From the IMG/VR virus record IMGVR_UViG_2648501400_000008: a stretch of DNA of 11,941 bases; one strand, 5' to 3'. Numbering within the stretch: the stretch's first letter is position 1; every line of letters starts with the position of its first letter. A program made the position numbers and the translations under genes. This DNA is from a virus. Taxonomy: Duplodnaviria; Heunggongvirae; Uroviricota; Caudoviricetes. Below, piece after piece: positions 7,048 through 11,941 of this stretch. Under the pieces are notes generated by a model. That model was given only the letters and a program-made list of their open reading frames with translations, was not told the DNA's origin and searched no databases.

Positions 7048-7308
7048 ATGCAATCACCATTACGGAATGTGCGTAAGGCGCACGGATTTACTTTGCAGCA
7101 TGTTGCTGCTGGCGTTCAGGTCAATCCAGCGACGCTGAGTCGTATTGAAAGACTGGAACAAATTCCATCTATCGATCTTGCAGAACGTCTGGCCAATTTT
7201 TTTAAGGGTGAAATCAGCGAAATGCAGATTCTTTATCCGGCACGTTTTCAATCTAGCCAAAACCAGAATGGGTTTAAACCACAGGAACAGGAGGTAAGCC
7301 GTGGGTAA
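7048..7308 (+). CDS. Cro-like XRE-family HTH regulator (86 aa)
   Basis: GGAGG ribosome-binding site at 7038-7042, 5 nt before the ATG; HTH segment FTLQHVAAGVQVNPATLSRIERLE; divergent from the cI-like gene across the operator region. Confidence 0.8.
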   Translation: MQSPLRNVRKAHGFTLQHVAAGVQVNPATLSRIERLEQIPSIDLAERLANFFKGEISEMQILYPARFQSSQNQNGFKPQEQEVSRG

Positions 7309-7858
7309 TCATCACTGGAAAGTGGAAAAACAGCCTGAGTGGTACGTGAAAGCTGTCAGAAAAACTATCGCGGCGTTGCCGGGGGGTTACGCTGAAGCTG
7401 CTGAGTGGCTGGATGTAACAGAGAACGCATTATTTAACCGCCTTCGTGCCGATGGCGATCAGATTTTCCCGCTGGGATGGGCAATGATTTTACAACGTGC
7501 TGGTGGCACTCACTTCATTGCCGACGCTGTGGCGCAGTCTGCAAATGGCGTCTTTGTGTCTCTTCCTGACGTCGAGGATGTGGACAATGCCGATATTAAC
7601 CAGCGTTTACTGGAAGTCATTGAACAGATCGGCAGTTATTCAAAACAGATTCGTTCGGCAATCGAAGACGGTGTAGTGGAACCGCATGAGAAGACAGCAA
7701 TTAACGACGAGCTGTACCTCTCAATTTCGAAGCTGCAGGAGCATGCAGCACTTGTCTACAAAATTTTTTGCGTTTCAGAAAGTAATGACGCCCGCGAGTG
7801 TGCAGCTCCGGGCGTCGTGGCGTCGATTGCTTCTGGTTGTGGAGAAACTAACGCATGA
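7301..7858 (+). CDS. Prophage early protein in the cII position (185 aa), YmfL-like by position and length
   Basis: GTG start with an AGGAGG site 6 nt upstream (7289-7294); overlaps the cro stop and is coupled to the next gene by ATGA (7855-7858). No catalytic motif recognised; the e14 YmfL comparison is from memory. Confidence 0.6.
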   Translation: MGNHHWKVEKQPEWYVKAVRKTIAALPGGYAEAAEWLDVTENALFNRLRADGDQIFPLGWAMILQRAGGTHFIADAVAQSANGVFVSLPDVEDVDNADINQRLLEVIEQIGSYSKQIRSAIEDGVVEPHEKTAINDELYLSISKLQEHAALVYKIFCVSESNDARECAAPGVVASIASGCGETNA

Positions 7859-8193
7859 ACAGTTTAACAACACACTACCGTCGCTCGCAACTGATTGCGC
7901 TTCCTGTACCGGGTGGAAAAGCGAAGGTGGAGTATTGCTATGCAGTAAATGTACCAGGTGACAGGGAAATTGTAACCCACAGCTTTGCTGAGTGGGCTGT
8001 GGGGGATTTCAACCGGCAGAAGGAGACAGTCCTTTGCGACAAGTTAACCGCTGGTTCAAAGATCACTACGGAGTGCCCGTCAGAGTCATTCGTTGGGAGC
8101 CGGAAACACAACGGGTTATCTACCTCCGTGAAGGCTATGAGCATGAGTGCTTCAGCCCGCTCGAACAGTTTCGTCGTAAATTCAGGGAAATAG
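7855..8193 (+). CDS. Small prophage protein (112 aa), possibly YmfM-like (SOS-associated cell-division inhibitor family); C-terminal half uncertain
   Basis: ATG overlaps the upstream stop (ATGA). The N-terminal 45 aa look protein-like, but the C-terminal part is Ser-rich and low-complexity and overlaps a better-looking alternative frame (see findings). Confidence 0.45.
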   Translation: MNSLTTHYRRSQLIALPVPGGKAKVEYCYAVNVPGDREIVTHSFAEWAVGDFNRQKETVLCDKLTAGSKITTECPSESFVGSRKHNGLSTSVKAMSMSASARSNSFVVNSGK

Positions 8194-8202
8194 AGGTCGG
8201 TC

Positions 8203-9144
8203 ATGAGCACTAAATTAACCGGCTATGTATGGGATGGTTGCGCTGCGTCAGGCATGAAATTATCCAGCGTGGCAATTATGGCCCGCCTGGCTGATTTCAG
8301 TAATGACGAAGGTGTGTGCTGGCCATCAATTGAAACCATTGCCCGCCAGATTGGCGCGGGGATGAGTACCGTCAGAACGGCTATCGCACGGCTGGAAGCA
8401 GAAGGCTGGTTAACGCGTAAGGCGCGTCGCCAGGGTAACCGCAATGCGTCGAATGTTTATCAGCTTAACGTTGCGAAGCTTCAGGCAGCGGCATTTTCTC
8501 AACTGTCAGATTCTGACCCGTCAAAATCTGACGCATCAAAATCTGACCCGTCAAAATTTGATGCGTCGAAATCTGGCAAAAAAGCGGGTTTTCACCCGTC
8601 AGAATCTGGCGGGGATCCGTCAGTAAAATCAAAACATGATCCGTCAGATAAAAAACCTTCTCGTCCGGACGCTTCGCAACCGGACACGCAGACGGCTGAA
8701 CAGGATTTTTTAACTCGCCATCCTGATGCGGTTGTATTCAGCCCTAAAAAGCGCCAGTGGGGAACGCAGGATGATTTGACCTGCGCACAGTGGCTCTGGA
8801 AAAAAATCATTGCCCTGTACGAGCAGGCCGCCGAATGTGACGGCGAGGTGGTTCGTCCCAAAGAACCGAACTGGACAGCCTGGGCAAACGAAATTCGCCT
8901 GATGTGTGTGCAGGATGGTCGTACTCACAAACAAATCTGCGAGATGTACAGCCGCGTCAGCCGCGATCCGTTCTGGTGCCGTAACGTGCTCAGCCCGTCG
9001 AAGCTGCGGGAAAAATGGGATGAGCTTTCCCTGCGCTTATCGCCGTCCATCAGCACATACACAGAAAAACGCGAAGACCCGTATTTCAAATCCAGTTACG
9101 ACAACGTGGACTACAGCCAGATCCCGGCAGGATTCAGGGGGTGA
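8203..9144 (+). CDS. Lambda O-like replication initiator (313 aa)
   Basis: N-terminal winged-HTH-like segment (…CWPSIETIARQIGAGMSTVRTAIARLEAEGWL…), a repeat-rich linker, and a C-terminus (…QWGTQDDLTCAQWLWKKI…NWTAWANEIRLMCVQDGRTHKQICEMYSRVSRDPFWCRNVLSPSKLREKWDEL) that matches the lambda O C-terminal domain as I recall it. GAGG ribosome-binding site 6 nt upstream. Confidence 0.85.
   Translation: MSTKLTGYVWDGCAASGMKLSSVAIMARLADFSNDEGVCWPSIETIARQIGAGMSTVRTAIARLEAEGWLTRKARRQGNRNASNVYQLNVAKLQAAAFSQLSDSDPSKSDASKSDPSKFDASKSGKKAGFHPSESGGDPSVKSKHDPSDKKPSRPDASQPDTQTAEQDFLTRHPDAVVFSPKKRQWGTQDDLTCAQWLWKKIIALYEQAAECDGEVVRPKEPNWTAWANEIRLMCVQDGRTHKQICEMYSRVSRDPFWCRNVLSPSKLREKWDELSLRLSPSISTYTEKREDPYFKSSYDNVDYSQIPAGFRG
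8503..8580. repeat. Tandem about-15-bp direct repeats (candidate replication-origin iterons) inside the O-like gene
   Basis: Consecutive units TCAAAATCTGACGCA / TCAAAATCTGACCCG / TCAAAATTTGATGCG / TCGAAATCTGGCAAA plus a diverged flanking copy, followed by more degenerate copies and an A/T-rich stretch (8620-8657). They encode the SKSD-repeat linker. Confidence 0.5.
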
Positions 9145-9146
9145 GC

Positions 9147-9635
9147 ATGAGTCTTTTGAATGACGTTCAGAAATTCATTGAAGCCCATCCGGGGTGTACT
9201 TCCGGAGACATTGCGGATGCTTTTGCAGGTTACTCACGGCAGCGCGTTCTGCAGTCTGCAAGCAAGTTACGTCAGAGTGGGCGTGTGGCTCACCGTTGTG
9301 AAGGAGATACACGCAGACATTTCCCGCGCCTGACTGAGAGAGCGCAGGAGCCGGAACCACAACCAGTTCGTGAAACCAGACCTGTGCGCAATTTCTATGT
9401 CGGCACTAACGATCCCCGGGTGATTTTGTGCCTGACCCGCCAGGCGGAAGAACTGGAGTCCAGGGGCTTATACCGTCGTGCTGCAACGGTGTGGATGGCG
9501 GCATTCCGTGAAAGCCACTCCCAGCCAGAACGAAACAATTTTCTGGCGCGTCGTGAACGGTGTTTACGGAAAAGCAGTAAGCGGGCTGCATCAGGTGAAG
9601 AGTGGTATCTCTCAGGGAATTACGTGGGGGCTTAA
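9147..9635 (+). CDS. PerC-family-like putative transcriptional regulator (162 aa from ATG 9147)
   Basis: AGGGGG ribosome-binding site 6 nt upstream of the ATG at 9147 (the ORF track uses the GTG at 9141). The C-terminal AEELESRGLYRRAATVWMAAF resembles the PerC/Pch motif as I recall it; the N-terminal part looks like a winged helix. Confidence 0.55.
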   Translation: MSLLNDVQKFIEAHPGCTSGDIADAFAGYSRQRVLQSASKLRQSGRVAHRCEGDTRRHFPRLTERAQEPEPQPVRETRPVRNFYVGTNDPRVILCLTRQAEELESRGLYRRAATVWMAAFRESHSQPERNNFLARRERCLRKSSKRAASGEEWYLSGNYVGA

Positions 9636-10288
9636 TGAGTAATAAATATTGCCAGGCGCTGGTGGAACTGCGGAACAAACCAGCCCATGAACTGAAGGAA
9701 GTGGGCGATCAGTGGCGCACGCCGGACAACATTTTCTGGGGAATTAACACCCTGTTTGGCCCGTTTGTTCTGGATCTGTTTACTGACGGTGATAACGCCA
9801 AATGTGCTGCGTATTACACGGCGGAAGACAACGCGCTGGCGCATGACTGGTCAGAACGTCTTGCGGAGCTTAAAGGTGCTGCCTTTGGTAATCCCCCATA
9901 CAGCCGCGCCAGTCAGCATGAGGGGCAATACATCACCGGCATGCGTTACATCATGAAGCATGCCAGTGCCATGCGTGATAAGGGCGGGCGCTATGTTTTC
10001 CTGATCAAAGCTGCCACCAGCGAAGTTTGGTGGCCGGAAGATGCAGACCATATTGCTTTTATTCGCGGGCGTATTGGTTTTGAACTGCCTGCCTGGTTTA
10101 TCCCGAAGGATGAGAAGCAGGTGCCGACAGGAGCGTTCTTCGCTGGTGCTATTGCTGTTTTCGACAAGACCTGGAAGGGACCGGCAATCAGCTACATCGG
10201 GCGCGATGAACTTGAGGCATGTGGTGAGGCGTTTCTGGCGCAGGTTCGCCAGCAGGCGGAAAAACTGGTCAGGGAGATGGCGGCATGA
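9635..10288 (+). CDS. Phage Dam-like DNA N6-adenine methyltransferase (217 aa from ATG 9635)
   Basis: Catalytic (D/N)PPY motif present as AFGNPPYSR; the start ATG overlaps the upstream stop (TAATG at 9633-9637); the stop overlaps the next start (ATGA). Confidence 0.85.
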   Translation: MSNKYCQALVELRNKPAHELKEVGDQWRTPDNIFWGINTLFGPFVLDLFTDGDNAKCAAYYTAEDNALAHDWSERLAELKGAAFGNPPYSRASQHEGQYITGMRYIMKHASAMRDKGGRYVFLIKAATSEVWWPEDADHIAFIRGRIGFELPAWFIPKDEKQVPTGAFFAGAIAVFDKTWKGPAISYIGRDELEACGEAFLAQVRQQAEKLVREMAA

Positions 10289-10611
10289 CGACGTTAACTC
10301 AATGCCAGCAGCAGGTGCTGGATATGCTGATTTCTTATCAGAAAGAACGTGGCTTCCCGCCAACCAATCAGGAGGTGGCAACCATGCTGGGATACCGTTC
10401 AGTGAATGCAGCGGTGGAACATCTTCGCGCACTGGAGAAAAAAGGCGTCATCACGATAAAGCGTGGCGTGGCCCGGGGTATCACTCTTCATACCGCGGTG
10501 AAGGACGACGACAGCGAGGCGGTCGGGATTATCCGCTCACTGCTTGCCGGTGAGGAAAACGCCAGGCTGCGTGCAACCCACTGGTTACATGAGAGAGGCC
10601 TGAAAGTATGA
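10285..10611 (+). CDS. LexA N-terminal DNA-binding-domain-like protein lacking the S24 peptidase domain (108 aa)
   Basis: LTQCQQQVLDMLISYQKERGFPPTNQEVATMLGYRSVNAAVEHLRALEKKGVITIKRGVARGITL closely parallels the LexA winged-HTH domain (…[55 protein letters not shown]…, recalled); there is no Ser/Lys protease domain. Coupled to flanking genes by ATGA overlaps. Confidence 0.8.
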   Translation: MTTLTQCQQQVLDMLISYQKERGFPPTNQEVATMLGYRSVNAAVEHLRALEKKGVITIKRGVARGITLHTAVKDDDSEAVGIIRSLLAGEENARLRATHWLHERGLKV

Positions 10612-10997
10612 AGCTGATCCTGCCTTTCCCGCCCAGCGTGAACACGTACTGGCGACACCCCAACAAAGGGGCATTTGCTGGTAAGAGCCTGATAAGCGCG
10701 GCGGGGCGAAAATTTCAGAGCGCGGCGTGCGCAGCAATAGTTGAGCAGTTACGTCGTCTGCCAAAACCAACGTCGGCACCTGCTTCAGTGGAGATCGTGT
10801 TGTTTCCTCCGGATAACCGGATCCGCGATCTGGACAACTATAACAAGGCGCTGTTTGACGCCCTGACCCACGCGGGTGTGTGGGAAGACGACAGTCAGGT
10901 GAAAAGAATGCTGGTGGAGTGGGGACCGGTTATCCCGGAAGGGAAGGTCGAGATCACTATCAGTAAGTACGAGAAAACGGCGGGTGCAGCCGCCTGA
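10608..10997 (+). CDS. rusA: RusA Holliday-junction resolvase (129 aa)
   Basis: LPFPPSVNTYWRH … RDLDNYNKALFDALTHAGVWEDDSQV … EITI matches the RusA signature including the catalytic Asp cluster; this is the typical position in the lambdoid nin region. Confidence 0.9.
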   Translation: MKLILPFPPSVNTYWRHPNKGAFAGKSLISAAGRKFQSAACAAIVEQLRRLPKPTSAPASVEIVLFPPDNRIRDLDNYNKALFDALTHAGVWEDDSQVKRMLVEWGPVIPEGKVEITISKYEKTAGAAA

Positions 10998-11016
10998 GCA
11001 AAAGGAGAAACGAAGT

Positions 11017-11826
11017 ATGAATAATCTGATGGTCATTGATGGTATTGAAGTTCGTCGTGATGCTTATGGGCGTTACAGCCTGAACGATCTGCATCGCGCA
11101 GCAGTAGCATCTGGTGCAAATGCCAGAACCAAGGAGCCAGGAAAGTTTCTTTCCAGCCAACAAACTGTTGAACTTGTTCATGAATTGACCAACACCCAGA
11201 ATTTGGGTGTTGACCCGGTGAGTGTGATTCATGGGGGAAATGAACGGGGAACTTATGTCTGCAAGGAACTGGTGTATGCCTATGCAATGTGGATCAGCCC
11301 GCCATTCCATCTGAAGGTGATCCGTACTTTCGACATGGTAACCAGCGCACCGGAAAAATTATCCGGGCAGGCTGCTGACAAGATGCAGGCTGGTGTGATT
11401 CTGCTGGACTTTATGCGTCGGGAATTAAACCTGTCTAACTCATCTGTGCTTGGGGCTTGTCAGAAACTCCAGGAGGCTGTTGGCTTACCGAATCTGGCTC
11501 CGCGCTATGCAATTGATGCTCCTGCCGATGCACCCGATGGCTCAAGTCGCCCTACGCTGTCACTGAGTGCACTGCTGAAGCAGTATGGTATCCGCCTGAC
11601 GGCTAATCAGGCATATCACCAGATGGTGAAGCTGGGGATCGTCGAGCAGCGCGAACGATACAGCCGTACCGCGATTAACAACATCAAAAAATTCTGGTCG
11701 CTGACAGCGAAAGGCTGCATGTTCGGCAAGAACATCACCAGTCCCGCAAATCCGCGCGAGACGCAGCCGCATTTCTTCGAATCCCGATTCCCTGAGCTGT
11801 TAAAGCTGCTCGATACCGTTCATTGA
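11017..11826 (+). CDS. KilA-N domain protein (Roi/antirepressor-like, 269 aa from ATG 11017)
   Basis: AAGGAG ribosome-binding site at 11002-11007, 9 nt before the ATG at 11017. The N-terminus (MNNLMVIDGIEVRRDAYGRYSLNDLHRA … GTYVCKELVYAYAMWISPPFHLKV) is KilA-N-like. Confidence 0.75.
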   Translation: MNNLMVIDGIEVRRDAYGRYSLNDLHRAAVASGANARTKEPGKFLSSQQTVELVHELTNTQNLGVDPVSVIHGGNERGTYVCKELVYAYAMWISPPFHLKVIRTFDMVTSAPEKLSGQAADKMQAGVILLDFMRRELNLSNSSVLGACQKLQEAVGLPNLAPRYAIDAPADAPDGSSRPTLSLSALLKQYGIRLTANQAYHQMVKLGIVEQRERYSRTAINNIKKFWSLTAKGCMFGKNITSPANPRETQPHFFESRFPELLKLLDTVH

Positions 11827-11833
11827 GGTGACC

Positions 11834-11941
11834 GTGAGAGCATTACTGACCCCTGAAATTGCCCCGCGTATGGGGATCGTATTGTTCAGACCCGGTTCAG
11901 AGCTGATGCCCCTGTTTATGCCTGTCTCTTATACACAAATC
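11834..11941 (+). CDS. Partial ORF (5' end only), unknown function, running into a transposon-like end
   Basis: GAGG at 11825-11828 then GTG at 11834; the open frame VRALLTPEIAPRMGIVLFRPGSELMPLFMPVSYTQI continues to the window edge without a stop. Confidence 0.25.
   Translation, partial: MRALLTPEIAPRMGIVLFRPGSELMPLFMPVSYTQI
11922..11941. mobile_element. Tn5/IS50-like terminal inverted repeat (transposon end or library-adapter artefact) at the window edge
   Basis: CTGTCTCTTATACACAAATC matches 17 of 19 positions of both the Tn5 mosaic end (CTGTCTCTTATACACATCT) and the IS50 outside end (CTGACTCTTATACACAAGT), oriented with the element body to the right, beyond the window. Confidence 0.35.

Noticed and set aside
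8503-8660. Short tandem repeats as a CRISPR array
   Set aside because: The units are 15 bp, directly abutting without spacers, in frame within a coding linker, and there are no cas genes. They are coding repeats or iterons.
9851-10553. Long alternative-frame ORFs 9851-10432 (-, 193 aa) and 10041-10553 (+, 170 aa)
   Set aside because: They lie antisense to, or out of frame within, the well-supported Dam and LexA-like genes, are Arg/Ser-rich and low-complexity, and have no start signals.

Overview
This window is a lambdoid prophage early/immunity region (Enterobacteriaceae-like), organised around a divergent cI-like repressor (6258-6950, minus) and Cro-like gene (7048-7308, plus). All calls come from reading the sequence and ORF translations by eye; no searches were run, and family names (YfdQ/YfdR/YmfL/YmfM/PerC/AvcD) are recalled from memory. 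Leftward operon (minus strand, from a putative pL/oL at about 6150-6202): a long GC-rich structured leader with no N-like ORF, a 121-aa hypothetical, a YfdQ-like protein, an HD-domain YfdR-like phosphohydrolase, two DUF551-type proteins and an Xis-like HTH protein. Beyond xis, where an integrase would be expected, sits an AT-rich cargo cassette encoding a 531-aa kinase-like + cytidine/dCMP deaminase fusion of the AvcD/DcdV anti-phage type, with a 290-bp upstream region that could hold its regulator. Rightward operon (plus strand, from pR): Cro-like, a 185-aa and a 112-aa protein, a lambda O-like replication initiator with internal 15-bp iterons, a PerC-like protein, a Dam-like N6-adenine methyltransferase, a LexA-DNA-binding-domain-only protein, RusA, a KilA-N protein, and a partial ORF abutting a Tn5/IS50-like terminal repeat at the window edge. 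No rRNA, tRNA or CRISPR array was seen.
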